DNA of 32,000 nucleotides. Source: Alkanindiges sp. WGS2144 (GTDB lineage: Bacteria; Pseudomonadota; Gammaproteobacteria; Pseudomonadales; Moraxellaceae). The notes beneath the pieces are model-generated. The model was given only the letters and a program-made list of their open reading frames with translations, ran no database searches and was not told where the DNA came from. Both the position numbers and the translations under genes were made by a program. The stretch lies in assembly GCF_043950625.1 (NCBI RefSeq), contig NZ_CP171007.1. One strand, written 5' to 3'. Of the stretch, positions 18,365-28,519 are shown piece by piece. The stretch's first letter is position 1. Every line of letters starts with the position of its first letter.

Positions 18365-19336
18365 GTGTTAGAAAACAGACTTCAGGTCGTGCATGTTGCC
18401 GTAGGGGTTGTTGTGCAGCATGAGCAGGTGCTCATTTGCTGGCGTGATGCGGCTTTGCATCAGGGCAATCGCTATGAATTTCCGGGTGGTAAGGTTGAAG
18501 CAGGTGAAACTCCTGAGCAGGCGCTTGCCCGTGAGTTGCGGGAAGAATTAAATATTCAGGTTCAGCACAGTATCAGGGCACAGCAGCTGCATTTTAATTA
18601 TCCAGAAAAAACCGTATGCCTACATGTATTTTTAGTGCCCCGGTTTACAGGGACGCCACAAGGGCAGCAGGGTCAGGTATTGCACTGGGTGGCTAAAAAT
18701 CAGCTTGTTAATTATCATTTTCCTGAGGCCAATACGCCTATTTTGCGTATGGTGAAGCTCCCAGAGCAGTATGTGATTACTTATCCTCTGGCAGCCGGAC
18801 AAGACAGGCAGGAGTGGCTCAATTGGCATATTGCGCAAACTCCACAGGCCAGCTGGTTGTACCTTAGGGAAAAGACCGCAACCGCTGAGCAATATCATCA
18901 GTTGGTAGAGGATCTGAATGCATCGCGGCCAGATTTAAAAATCATGGCAGATTTTAACCAGCTAGAAAGTTTAGTGCCAGTTTTACCAAAAATTCATGGT
19001 GTTCACATCAACCAATCAACACTAATGCAATGTCAGCAAATTGCTATTCCAGAGCAGCTATTTTGCTTTGCAGCATGTCATGACCAGTTATCCGTGCAAA
19101 AAGCCAATCAACTTAAAGTGGACGCTGTGGTTTTGAGTCCACTGCATGTCACCACCAGTCATCAAGGGCAGGCCGCACTGGGTTGGCCAGCGTGGCAGCA
19201 GTTATGTCAGCAAAGTCAGGTGCCGGTATATGCGCTGGGTGGTGTTAACCCGCAGGATATAACAGCTATACAGCAGGCAGGCGGTTTTGGGGTGGCGGGA
19301 ATACGGGCCTTTTTCCCCATGCAGCCAGGCCAGTAA
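18365..19336 (+). CDS. NUDIX (MutT-like 8-oxo-dGTP diphosphatase) fused to a TenI/ThiE-like TIM-barrel domain
   Basis: Nudix box GGKVEAGETPEQALARELREELNI. The C-terminal half (GVHIN...SPLHVTTSH...VPVYALGGV...GVAGIRAFF) follows the thiamine-phosphate-synthase/TenI fold pattern. The GTG start at 18365 is uncertain. Confidence 0.8.
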   Translation: MLENRLQVVHVAVGVVVQHEQVLICWRDAALHQGNRYEFPGGKVEAGETPEQALARELREELNIQVQHSIRAQQLHFNYPEKTVCLHVFLVPRFTGTPQGQQGQVLHWVAKNQLVNYHFPEANTPILRMVKLPEQYVITYPLAAGQDRQEWLNWHIAQTPQASWLYLREKTATAEQYHQLVEDLNASRPDLKIMADFNQLESLVPVLPKIHGVHINQSTLMQCQQIAIPEQLFCFAACHDQLSVQKANQLKVDAVVLSPLHVTTSHQGQAALGWPAWQQLCQQSQVPVYALGGVNPQDITAIQQAGGFGVAGIRAFFPMQPGQ

Positions 19337-19408
19337 AAATCTTTAGATGATCCTAAATTAAAAAGCCGGAAGAAGTTAGCCACATGCTCAGCTTATCTTT
19401 TATTCGTT

Positions 19409-20026
19409 TTAAAACTGGCTTGCCAGACGCTGAATCTGGCTGCGTGCCTGTCCGGCCAGTGCTGCATTGTTTTGTAATTCGGCAGCAGCCAGGATCAGGC
19501 GCCAAAAAGCGTGCTGCTGCCGCGGATTGCTGGCCAGTGTTAAACCTTTACGTGCCATGGCTTCGGCATTGCTAGCCTGACGCTTTTTAATGGCAATTTC
19601 ACTTAAATAGGCATATACAGTTGCTGACTGGGGTGCCATACGCTGTGCCTGAATCAGGGTTTGCTCGGCAGCATTTAATTGGTTAGCCTGCATTTGCTGT
19701 TGTGCCTGAGCCATAAGCTTGCCAAAGGCAGGAATATTACTGCCATCACGCAAGTTTATTTTAGGTTGTGGAGGTGGCGTTATTGTAGAGGGCAGAGGAC
19801 GGCTCTGAATGCCAGGTTCAGCATATTCAGGAATAGCGTTACGTTTTGCACCGTTTTCCTGAATAGTTGCTGGTTTATCCACTGTTTTATCTGCTGGGCG
19901 TGTGGTTACCACTGTAGTAAGTGCTGGGGTGTTGCTAACCGTTGGGGTGGTCTGGCATCCTGTCAATATAGCCAGACCCATAGTCAAGCTGGAAATATAA
20001 AGCGCCGGAACCGAGCGTCGTGTCAT
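19409..20026 (-). CDS. Outer-membrane lipoprotein with Pro/Thr-rich linker and C-terminal helical-repeat (TPR-like) domain; candidate LpoP-type PBP1B activator
   Basis: Lipobox LTGC with Gln at +2. Residues about 25-95 are Pro/Thr-rich and low complexity. Residues about 100-205 are Ala/Gln-rich helical repeats. It starts 17 nt after the mrcB stop on the same strand, with a GAGG Shine-Dalgarno sequence. Confidence 0.55.
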   Translation of the reverse strand: MTRRSVPALYISSLTMGLAILTGCQTTPTVSNTPALTTVVTTRPADKTVDKPATIQENGAKRNAIPEYAEPGIQSRPLPSTITPPPQPKINLRDGSNIPAFGKLMAQAQQQMQANQLNAAEQTLIQAQRMAPQSATVYAYLSEIAIKKRQASNAEAMARKGLTLASNPRQQHAFWRLILAAAELQNNAALAGQARSQIQRLASQF

Positions 20027-20043
20027 GATTTAGGCCTCTTTTG

Positions 20044-22476
20044 CTAATTTTCACTTGACCAGAAACGTTTAACCACAGGCGGGCGTCCTGTTTCTTTCTC
20101 TGGTGGTAATTCCAGGGTAATGGAAGCTTCAGGCTTGCTGGGGGATTCAGGTAGGCGTCTGGCATATTGCTGGTAGACTGGCTCACCAAATTCATCCAGT
20201 TCACTGCCTGCATGAGCTGCCTGCTCACTATTGTACATGGCGAGCATACCACACTCAGTGGCCTCGCCAGGCACAGTACCGGCTAGCATAGGAATATAAA
20301 TAGCGCCAGGGCAACCCTGTGCGGATAACTGGCCGCTACCCTGATCTATCCATTGCCACTGTACATTAGTTGGCTGAATAGGCTCAATCGATGTCAGGTT
20401 GAGCTGCTTCATGATATTTACCCAGATTGGCAATGCCCCGCTGGAACCTGTTAAACCAATTGGACGGTTATCATCGTGACCTAGCCATACCACTGCCACA
20501 TAGTTACCACTATAGCCAGCAAACCATGAATCACGCGCGTCATTAGTGGTGCCACTCTTGCCCGCCAGGTTTAAACTGGAGGGCAGAGTGCGGTAAGCAC
20601 TGGCGCCTGTGCCACTACGCATTACCTGTTGCAGGGCATAATTAAGTAAATAGACTGCACCCGGATCCAGGCTCTGGCGTACATTCAGGCTGTAACGCTG
20701 TAGTGGCACGCCTTTGGCATCAACCACACTACGAATTGAGCGTGGTGCATAGCGAAAGCCGTTGGCTGCATATACCTGATACATGCCTAATACCTGCATG
20801 GGCGACAGGTTGATCGCACCCAGTAAAATAGCCGGATAGGGCTTAATATCATCTTCAATACCCAAGCTATGCAGCGTATTTATAAAACTGGGCATGCCCA
20901 TTTCCCAGCCCAGGCGAACAGTAGCCAGGTTATAGGAGTGTGCCAAAGCATATGATAAAGGCACAATCCCATGACTGCGGCCATCATAATTTTTTGGCGT
21001 CCAGTCTTTCATACCCATGCCATTGATGGTGATTTGCTCATCGCTAATTGGGCTAATCAGGTTATAACGCTGTGATTGCAGGGCGTTCAGATAAACCACC
21101 GGTTTTAACAGCGAACCGACCTGACGTTTTGCATCCAGTGCCCGGTTAAAGCCAGTAAAAGTGCCAGAGCCACCAACTACAGCCAGTAGCTCGCCATTTT
21201 CGGGGTTGGCTACGGTGACGGCGCCCTGTAAACCTTCCAGACGCTTGGGGTTACGCTTGATGAGCTGGCTTAAGGTACTGTCAAAGGCTGTATTGGCAGA
21301 AGTTTGTACAATAGGATCAAGCGTGGTAAAGATCCGCAAGCCTTCACCTGTCAGGTCATCTTCCTGATATTCTTCTTTAAGCTGGCGGCGAACCACGTCC
21401 AGAAAATCAGGAAACTGGCTGCGACCAGCAGTGGGTTTTGTAAGAATGCCCAGCTTGGCAGTAATCGCTTTTTCGTATTGGTCCTGATCAATTTTGCCGG
21501 TGACCAGCATGTTGTGCAATACCACATTGCGACGTTCTTTTGCCAGCTCAGGATTGCGCCAGGGATTATATAAACTGGGCCCTTTAACCAGTCCCACCAG
21601 AAAAGCCAGTTGAGGCAGTTTTAACTCATTAAGTGGTTGACCAAAATAAAACTGCGAAGCCAGACCAAAGCCGTTAATGGAGTGATTGCCATTTTGACCA
21701 AGGTTTACCTCATTGAGGTAGGCTTCCAGAATATCGTTCTTGTTATAGTGCAGCTCTACCAGCAATGCCATCAGTGCCTCATTGGCTTTACGCTTTATGG
21801 TACGCTCCGGGCTAAGATAAAAGTTTTTTACCAGTTGCTGGGTGAGGGTAGAGCCGCCTTGCCTTGGGCCGCCTGTGGCATTGCTAACCATTGCACGTGC
21901 CAGCCCCCGGGGGGAGACGCCGTGGTGCTGGTAAAATTGCCGGTCTTCGGTGGCAATCAGGGCATCAATCAAAGGCTGGGGTACTTTGGAGAGCTGAACC
22001 AGTACCCGGTCTTCATTATGACGTGGATAAATACCACCTACCAAAATCGGTTCCAAACGGGCAATGCCTGTACCAGTCTGCTGGGTACTGCGTATATCCA
22101 GCACCTGATCCTGGCCAAAAGTGACTTCCAGTACCTGTTCAGGCTCTGTGGAATCGCCAAAATCAAAGCCACGGGTATGCACATAAACGACACTGCCTTT
22201 ATCCACATAAGTACCGGGTGATTCATAGTTGTCGGCTTTTTTATAATTTAGCAGGCCAAGCTCCTGCCGTAATGCAGCAGCAGACACATGCGTGCCATTA
22301 AATAACTCCAGTGGTCTTGCATACACCTTGGCTGGAATTTCCCAGCGTTTGCCTTCAAACTTTTCCCGAACGATATTATCCAACCTGATGGTATAGATAC
22401 CTAACCCGACAAATGCTGCCATGATCAGGATAATGATAATCATTGTAAAAAATACAAAACCACGTGAGAATTTCAT
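20044..22476 (-). CDS. mrcB: Bifunctional penicillin-binding protein 1B (glycosyltransferase/transpeptidase)
   Basis: N-terminal TM helix and a UB2H-like insert. GT51 motifs ATEDRQFYQHHG and GGSTLTQQLVKN. Transpeptidase motifs SLLK, SYN and KSGTT. Confidence 0.93.
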   Translation of the reverse strand: MKFSRGFVFFTMIIIILIMAAFVGLGIYTIRLDNIVREKFEGKRWEIPAKVYARPLELFNGTHVSAAALRQELGLLNYKKADNYESPGTYVDKGSVVYVHTRGFDFGDSTEPEQVLEVTFGQDQVLDIRSTQQTGTGIARLEPILVGGIYPRHNEDRVLVQLSKVPQPLIDALIATEDRQFYQHHGVSPRGLARAMVSNATGGPRQGGSTLTQQLVKNFYLSPERTIKRKANEALMALLVELHYNKNDILEAYLNEVNLGQNGNHSINGFGLASQFYFGQPLNELKLPQLAFLVGLVKGPSLYNPWRNPELAKERRNVVLHNMLVTGKIDQDQYEKAITAKLGILTKPTAGRSQFPDFLDVVRRQLKEEYQEDDLTGEGLRIFTTLDPIVQTSANTAFDSTLSQLIKRNPKRLEGLQGAVTVANPENGELLAVVGGSGTFTGFNRALDAKRQVGSLLKPVVYLNALQSQRYNLISPISDEQITINGMGMKDWTPKNYDGRSHGIVPLSYALAHSYNLATVRLGWEMGMPSFINTLHSLGIEDDIKPYPAILLGAINLSPMQVLGMYQVYAANGFRYAPRSIRSVVDAKGVPLQRYSLNVRQSLDPGAVYLLNYALQQVMRSGTGASAYRTLPSSLNLAGKSGTTNDARDSWFAGYSGNYVAVVWLGHDDNRPIGLTGSSGALPIWVNIMKQLNLTSIEPIQPTNVQWQWIDQGSGQLSAQGCPGAIYIPMLAGTVPGEATECGMLAMYNSEQAAHAGSELDEFGEPVYQQYARRLPESPSKPEASITLELPPEKETGRPPVVKRFWSSEN

Positions 22477-22711
22477 GCAAAAAACAATTAGAAAAAGAGA
22501 TTAAAATTAAGTGCGATAATGCGTGAGCCCGGCTCAGGATGCAATCCAAACACTGTTAAAACATGCAAATCCCCCGATAAATAGGAGGCAACTGAATAAA
22601 ACGCCATGGAGATGACTGCAACATACCGGATATTTTATACCGGTTTATTTTTAGTCCCTCGAAACGCCTGTTTAGATGAACTTCTAATTTACTGTGGGTC
22701 AAGCCCTGTAA

Positions 22712-23152
22712 TCAGTTTCTTGGGGTATTCATGCTGGGATCGGTGTGGTGCACATAATGCTTCACTTCAATATATGCCTGGCAACCACTGATATATTCTG
22801 CACTTAACATCTTGCACTGGTCACTATTGTTTAATTTTTGTCCGCTAGCCCACTCATAACCCATATTGTACTTCTGGTCAGTACTATTCTCTGGCGACAA
22901 TTTGTTCACCACTACTGGCTGTTGCATGCGCACATACATTTGCTTGGTGGTTTCCGGGGCACGGGAAGGTGCATAGTCCATAGCACGCGGTGCGGGCTTA
23001 ACCGCAGGGACGGTTGTATTGTTGACAGGCAATAGGGGGAGGGCTGCTGTCATACGGCTCTCCCGGATGATAACCCAGCCAGCCAACAGGACAAATAAAA
23101 TACTTAACCCAATCAAAAGGATCAGAATAGGATTGTTACGTGATCTGGCCAT
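22712..23152 (-). CDS. Membrane-anchored hypothetical protein (146 aa)
   Basis: Single N-terminal TM (ILILLIGLSILFVLLAGWVII), a Pro-rich linker, and a C-terminal domain with a C-x11-C pair. No family recognised. Lies downstream of ntrC on the same strand. Confidence 0.55.
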   Translation of the reverse strand: MARSRNNPILILLIGLSILFVLLAGWVIIRESRMTAALPLLPVNNTTVPAVKPAPRAMDYAPSRAPETTKQMYVRMQQPVVVNKLSPENSTDQKYNMGYEWASGQKLNNSDQCKMLSAEYISGCQAYIEVKHYVHHTDPSMNTPRN

Positions 23153-23260
23153 GTTATGAAGCCTCGCTATACGGCTTTAATGTGTCGTTTAATTGTTTTA
23201 CATATTCATCGGCCTGATTATAAAAACTCATTGCGCATAAAGCCAGCCTTATCCTGTTTT

Positions 23261-24775
23261 TTAACTGGCAGCGCCTTCTTCATCGTCCGGGGTATGAATA
23301 TCCAGTTCCTTGAGTTTGCGGGTCAGGGTGTTACGTCCCCAGCCTAGCAGCTCGGCAGCGTGACGCTTGCGTCCATGACTGTAATCCAGGGCTGCATCAA
23401 TCATACTGCGTTCAAATAGGGGCAGGGCAATCTCCAGTAGGTGCTGCTCGCCCTGTTGCAGTTTTTGTCTGGCCCAGTGACCTAGCAGGCTATCCCACTG
23501 GTCAGGCTCAAGGCGATAGGGCTGGGATAAACAGCTTTTGTCCGACCGACTCTCATAGCTTACAGACTCCGCATCTGGCAGGTCAGTAGACTGTGGACGT
23601 AATTCAGCCGGTAAATCATTGACAAAAATCTCTCGCCCCGTCGCCATGACAGTTAACCAGCGGCAAGTATTTTCCAGTTGACGTACGTTACCCGGCCAGG
23701 GAAGCTGCTGCATATAGACAATGGTTTCCTTGCGCAGGATTTTTGCAGCCACGTTAAGCTCACGACCAGCCAGTGCCAAAAAGTGTTGTGCCAGCATGGG
23801 AATATCTTCGCTGCGATCTTTAAGTCGTGGAATATGAATACGGATGACGTTGAGGCGATGAAATAAATCTTCACGAAACTTACCTGCTTTTACCAGTTGT
23901 TCCAGTGATTGATGTGTTGCTGCAATGATGCGTACATTTACTTTTACCGGCACCTGACCACCGACCCGGTAAAATTCGCCATCCGCCAGTACCCGAAGCA
24001 GACGGGTTTGAGTATCAAGTGGCATATCGCCAATTTCATCCAGGAATAATGTGCCACCATTGGCCTGCTCAAAGCGTCCCAGACGTTGTATGCTGGCTCC
24101 GGTAAATGCGCCCCGTTCGTGTCCAAACAGCTCACTTTCCATTAAATCTCTGGGAATGGCCGCCATATTAAGGGCAATAAAAGGCTTATGGCTGCGTGGC
24201 GAGTGCCGGTGCAGAGCGTGGGCTACCAATTCCTTGCCGGTACCGGATTCACCATTAATCAGTACAGTAATATTGGATTGAGCCAGACGGCCAATAATCC
24301 GGAAAACTTCCTGCATGGCAGGCGATTCACCGATAATTCCAGTTGCTTTGGTGGCTGAGGTGCGAATACTTTCTGTGGCTAGCTGCCTGCTAGCAGATTG
24401 CTGATTGGCAATATGCTGAAGGGCGCGATTCACCAGCGCAATGGCATCGTCCAGATCAAAGGGCTTGGGCAGGTAGTCAAAGGCACCAGTCTGGTAACTG
24501 GACACAGCAGATTCCAGATCAGAGTGCGCCGTCATAATAATAATGGGCAGGTCAGGAGCAGTTTGTTTGACCTGGGTCAAAAAGCTTAAGCCATCCATCC
24601 CCGGCATGCGGATATCACTCAGGATCACATCTGGTAATTGCTGAGGCAGGCGCTCTAATGCCTGTTGGGCAGATTCAAAACTGTTAACCTGAAAGCCTGC
24701 ATCCTGAAAGGTTTTTTCCAGCACCCAGCGCATGGCGCGGTCATCGTCAATTACCCAAACTATTGCCTGCGCCAT
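23261..24775 (-). CDS. ntrC: Nitrogen regulation response regulator NtrC (sigma54-dependent activator)
   Basis: Receiver domain (DDD ... DIRMPGMDG), AAA+ GESGTGKE, the sigma54-contact GAFTGA, and a C-terminal Fis-type HTH AAELLGWGRNTLTRKLKEL. Confidence 0.92.
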   Translation of the reverse strand: MAQAIVWVIDDDRAMRWVLEKTFQDAGFQVNSFESAQQALERLPQQLPDVILSDIRMPGMDGLSFLTQVKQTAPDLPIIIMTAHSDLESAVSSYQTGAFDYLPKPFDLDDAIALVNRALQHIANQQSASRQLATESIRTSATKATGIIGESPAMQEVFRIIGRLAQSNITVLINGESGTGKELVAHALHRHSPRSHKPFIALNMAAIPRDLMESELFGHERGAFTGASIQRLGRFEQANGGTLFLDEIGDMPLDTQTRLLRVLADGEFYRVGGQVPVKVNVRIIAATHQSLEQLVKAGKFREDLFHRLNVIRIHIPRLKDRSEDIPMLAQHFLALAGRELNVAAKILRKETIVYMQQLPWPGNVRQLENTCRWLTVMATGREIFVNDLPAELRPQSTDLPDAESVSYESRSDKSCLSQPYRLEPDQWDSLLGHWARQKLQQGEQHLLEIALPLFERSMIDAALDYSHGRKRHAAELLGWGRNTLTRKLKELDIHTPDDEEGAAS

Positions 24776-25905
24776 TATTCACTCCAGGGTAAAAATAAAC
24801 TAAATCGGGTGCAACCAGGGGCAGACTGGCATTCAATCAACCCACCATGCTGCTGCATAATATGCTGTGCAATGCTTAAACCCAGTCCGGTACCGTTGGC
24901 TCGCCCGGTCACCATGGGATAAAACACTGATTCCAGAATACTGGCTGGAATACCAGGGCCGTTATCTTGCAAGTCTATCCGCACTACACTGCGATGTAAT
25001 ACGCCATTAATATTAAACAGGCGCTGAATCCGGGTACGCAAAATAATTTGTGGTTGTGCGGTAAAAAAATCCGGGTGTTCTTGAATGGCCTGTGCGGCAT
25101 TAATGCAAATATTGAGCATCACCTGAATAAGCTGGTCGCGGTCGGCAGTCACTTCCGGTAAGGATAAGTCATAATCGCGCACCACCTGCACGGTGTTGCC
25201 GGTCTGGTTTAAAATCAGGCTGCGTACCCGTTCCAGTGGCTCATGAATGTTCACTTTGCACATCAAGGGTATTTGCCGTGAACCGAGCATGTTATCGACC
25301 AGGGTAGACAGGCGGTCAACTTCACTGATGATCACTTGAGTATATTCTTCCATATTTTCATCAGAATGAAGCCGTGCCAAAAGCTGGGTAGCACCGCGAA
25401 TACCAGCCAGCGGGTTTTTAATTTCGTGGGCAACACCGCGAATAAGTTGTCTGGTTACCTGTTGTTGCTTGGCAAGCTGCTCATCACGATTAATACGCAG
25501 CAGTCGGTCAATAGGCTGGATCTCAATAAGCACGTAACGCCGAATTGCCTGGGTTTCCTGCTGGTCAATAATGAGTGATACCGTATAATCTACTATTTTA
25601 TCTTTTAGCCCAACATTCAGGGTTGCTTCGCGCCGGGTATAGGGTTGACCTGTATTCATGGTGTGCAGGATCGCTGCCCGGGTATCAAAGTTTTTATCCG
25701 GTTCGGTAAGTACTTCAAGGAGCGGCATGCCTATAGCACGGGTGCAGCTTATTTCCAGCAAGGTTTCGCAGGCAGGATTTAAATATTCTATGTGCAGGGT
25801 GGGCGATACTTGCATGATCGCAGTGAACATATGATCCACCAGGCCATGACAGTCAACCAAAGCGGTAGATAGTATGGCAGCAGACGGTATAGAATCACTC
25901 ATCAA
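24775..25905 (-). CDS. ntrB: Nitrogen regulation sensor histidine kinase NtrB
   Basis: PAS-like N-terminus, H-box HEIKNPLAGIRG, and ATPase boxes DNGPGI and GTGLGL. The stop overlaps the ntrC start (TAATG). Confidence 0.9.
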   Translation of the reverse strand: MMSDSIPSAAILSTALVDCHGLVDHMFTAIMQVSPTLHIEYLNPACETLLEISCTRAIGMPLLEVLTEPDKNFDTRAAILHTMNTGQPYTRREATLNVGLKDKIVDYTVSLIIDQQETQAIRRYVLIEIQPIDRLLRINRDEQLAKQQQVTRQLIRGVAHEIKNPLAGIRGATQLLARLHSDENMEEYTQVIISEVDRLSTLVDNMLGSRQIPLMCKVNIHEPLERVRSLILNQTGNTVQVVRDYDLSLPEVTADRDQLIQVMLNICINAAQAIQEHPDFFTAQPQIILRTRIQRLFNINGVLHRSVVRIDLQDNGPGIPASILESVFYPMVTGRANGTGLGLSIAQHIMQQHGGLIECQSAPGCTRFSLFLPWSE

Positions 25906-26190
25906 TCGTATGGTTCCTTATGCCTTATCGCTAAAATGCTTTATGAATCAAAGCACGCTGGTAGAAAAATGTTCTACTAAAATCGTCCTGCTGTTGTAAG
26001 CGCATTTTGCATCAGAATCATCGATGCGTGATAGTTTATTCTGCTAAAAATGAAAAGCCTTGTGAATACATGGCGCTTAGAAAAATCTAATATTCGACTT
26101 ATAAAAAAAGCCCGTACTTCATACTCAATCACTCTATTAAAGCCGGGTTAAAGTGCTTACAATATGCACTAATTTGTTGGAGCTGTATAC

Positions 26191-27525
26191 ATGAAGTCCC
26201 CTAAAGTCGGTTTTGTATCCCTGGGCTGCCCCAAAGCACTGGTGGATTCCGAGCGCATTCTTACCCAGTTACGTGTTGAGGGCTACGATGTCGCAGCTTC
26301 ATTTGAGGGGGCTGACCTGGTCGTGGTAAACACCTGCGGTTTTATTGAATCAGCGGTGCAGGAATCACTGGACGCCATTGGTGAAGCCATTAATGAGAAT
26401 GGCAAGGTCATTGTCACTGGTTGTCTGGGCAAGGATGAAGAAAAAATTCGTTCCATGCATCCCAGCGTATTAAAGGTCACCGGGCCACAGGCATATTCTG
26501 ATGTAATGAATGCGGTGCATGAGTATGTACCACCTCCACCTGAACATAATCCTTATATTGATCTGGTACCGCCACAAGGTGTTCGCTTAACGCCCAAGCA
26601 CTACGCCTACTTAAAAATTTCTGAAGGCTGTAATCACCGTTGTACCTTTTGCATTATCCCACAACTGCGCGGTGATCTGGTATCGCGCCCCATTGGCAGC
26701 GTGATGGATGAAGCACAGGCGCTGGTTCGCGCCGGGGTGAAGGAAATTCTGGTGATCTCGCAAGATACCTCAGCCTATGGGGTAGATACTAAATACAAAC
26801 TGGACTTCTGGAATGGTCAGCCCTTAAAAACCAAGTTTTACGACTTGTGTGCTGCACTTGGTCAACTCGGTGTTTGGGTGCGTCTGCATTATGTGTATCC
26901 CTATCCGCATGTGGATGCGGTGCTAGAGCTCATGCGCGATGGCAAAATTCTGCCGTATCTGGATATTCCATTTCAGCATGCCAGTCCCCGTATTTTAAAA
27001 CTCATGAAACGTCCGGCACACAGCGAAAATACCCTGGAGAAAATCAGGCTATGGCGCTCAATCTGTCCCGATCTTGCGATTCGTTCTACCTTTGTGGTGG
27101 GCTTTCCCGGTGAAACTGAAGAAGATTTTGAATACCTGCTGGACTGGTTGCGCGAAGCTAGGCTGGATCGGGTAGGTTGTTTTACCTACTCACCCATTGA
27201 AGGCGCTCCTGCCAATGAACTGCCGGATTTGGTTCCTGAAGAAGTTAAACAGGATCGCTATGAGCGATTTATGCTGGTGGCACAGGAAATTTCAGCACAA
27301 AAACTCAAAGACAAAATTGGTACACGCATGACCGTACTGGTGGACGAGCTTGATCCTGAGTATCCGGTTGCTGTGGCGCGTTCCTATGCCGATGCCCCGG
27401 AAATTGACGGTAATGTATTCGTAGAGGATATCGACAAAAACCAGATTCAGCCCGGCCAGATGCTGTATGTGGAAGTTACCGATGCCGATGAGTACGACTT
27501 GTTTGCCAAACTCATTTCTGCCTGA
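26191..27525 (+). CDS. rimO: Ribosomal protein S12 methylthiotransferase RimO
   Basis: MTTase N-domain [16 protein letters not shown], radical-SAM CNHRCTFC, and a TRAM C-terminus. Confidence 0.93.
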   Translation: MKSPKVGFVSLGCPKALVDSERILTQLRVEGYDVAASFEGADLVVVNTCGFIESAVQESLDAIGEAINENGKVIVTGCLGKDEEKIRSMHPSVLKVTGPQAYSDVMNAVHEYVPPPPEHNPYIDLVPPQGVRLTPKHYAYLKISEGCNHRCTFCIIPQLRGDLVSRPIGSVMDEAQALVRAGVKEILVISQDTSAYGVDTKYKLDFWNGQPLKTKFYDLCAALGQLGVWVRLHYVYPYPHVDAVLELMRDGKILPYLDIPFQHASPRILKLMKRPAHSENTLEKIRLWRSICPDLAIRSTFVVGFPGETEEDFEYLLDWLREARLDRVGCFTYSPIEGAPANELPDLVPEEVKQDRYERFMLVAQEISAQKLKDKIGTRMTVLVDELDPEYPVAVARSYADAPEIDGNVFVEDIDKNQIQPGQMLYVEVTDADEYDLFAKLISA

Positions 27526-27723
27526 GGCCTTTATTTTAGCTCTGGTTCTAGCGCTAGCTATCGTTAATTGTGCAGCTTTATTAAATAGCTGTATTTGTCT
27601 AACTGAGATGGATTGGCGAGTGCTCCGGCTTTTGCTACCATTCGCCCCCATCAAACATCAGTTATAATCTCTTGACTGTATTCTGGTTTAAAGTTTTACA
27701 CATTGACTGCTTGGGAGCTCATT

Positions 27724-28449
27724 ATGGCTGAAAACAGCCCGCGTTTTTCGCGCATATTGCTTAAATTGTCAGGCGAAGCGCTTTCAGGCAATAAAGATAT
27801 GGGTATTGATGCCACCATTCTGGATCAAATGTCCCTGTCCATTGCTCATCTGGTTGGCCTAGGTGTACAGGTAGGTATTGTAGTAGGTGGTGGTAATTTG
27901 TATCGCGGTAGTCAGCTCCAGCAAGAGGGACTGGTTGGCCGGGTAACAGGTGACCAGATGGGGATGCTGGCAACTGTCATGAATGGCCTGGCACTGCGTG
28001 ATGCGCTTGAGCGGCGTAATATCAAAACCCGGCTCATGTCAGCCATTTCCATCAATGGTGTGGTGGAAACTTATAGTAGTCGTGATGCCATTCGTCATTT
28101 AAAAAATGGTGAAGTCTGCGTGTTTGTTGCCGGTACTGGCAATCCGTTTTTCACCACCGATACCGCAGCCTGCCTGCGTGGTATTGAAATTGAAGCTACC
28201 CTGATTTTAAAGGCAACCAAGGTCGATGGTGTCTATGATAAAGACCCGAGCAAGCATGGTGATGCAATCAAATATGATCATTTAACCTTTGATGAAGTGC
28301 TGGATCATAAACTGGGCATTATGGATCTGACTGCCATTTGCCTGTGCCGTGATCACAATGTGCCTTTACAGGTATTTGACATGAATAAACCGGGTGCATT
28401 GCTGTCAGTGGTGATGGGTGAACCGGAAGGGACGCATGTGACCAACTAA
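27724..28449 (+). CDS. pyrH: Uridylate (UMP) kinase
   Basis: [11 protein letters not shown] ... [10 protein letters not shown] ... [13 protein letters not shown]. Start taken at ATG 27724 rather than the upstream TTG. Confidence 0.95.
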   Translation: MAENSPRFSRILLKLSGEALSGNKDMGIDATILDQMSLSIAHLVGLGVQVGIVVGGGNLYRGSQLQQEGLVGRVTGDQMGMLATVMNGLALRDALERRNIKTRLMSAISINGVVETYSSRDAIRHLKNGEVCVFVAGTGNPFFTTDTAACLRGIEIEATLILKATKVDGVYDKDPSKHGDAIKYDHLTFDEVLDHKLGIMDLTAICLCRDHNVPLQVFDMNKPGALLSVVMGEPEGTHVTN

Positions 28450-28519
28450 TACCATGATCAAGCTGGGCATAATAATGCTCATGGCTTAATTAATATTTCA
28501 GGAAAATGAGGATATTGAC

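Noticed and set aside
21637-22221. 194-aa ORF on the plus strand, with several others at 21161-21573 and 21891-22124
   Set aside because: It lies entirely antisense to the strongly supported mrcB coding sequence. It has no recognisable motifs and a low-complexity composition typical of shadow ORFs opposite a real gene.
22625-22653. ACCGG-N10-CCGGT hairpin followed by TTATTTTT on the plus strand (terminator-like), near the 61-aa ORF at 22606-22791
   Set aside because: The stem is only 5 bp and no credible plus-strand gene lies upstream. The 61-aa ORF has a GGAGG 17 nt from its ATG, which is too far, and it runs antisense into the 146-aa gene. This is probably chance structure within the mrcB promoter region.
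25906-26190. Search for a sigma54 promoter (TGGCAC-N5-TTGC) or NtrC sites upstream of ntrB. Only GCATC-N9-GATGC, around position 26010-26030, was seen.
   Set aside because: No acceptable -24/-12 element was found on the ntrB strand. The inverted repeat does not match the TGCACC-N5-GGTGCA NtrC consensus.
27548-27557. 10-bp perfect palindrome CTAGCGCTAG after rimO
   Set aside because: It is too short to be distinguished from chance. It lacks a flanking U-tract, so it is not a terminator, and no partner repeat occurs elsewhere in the window.
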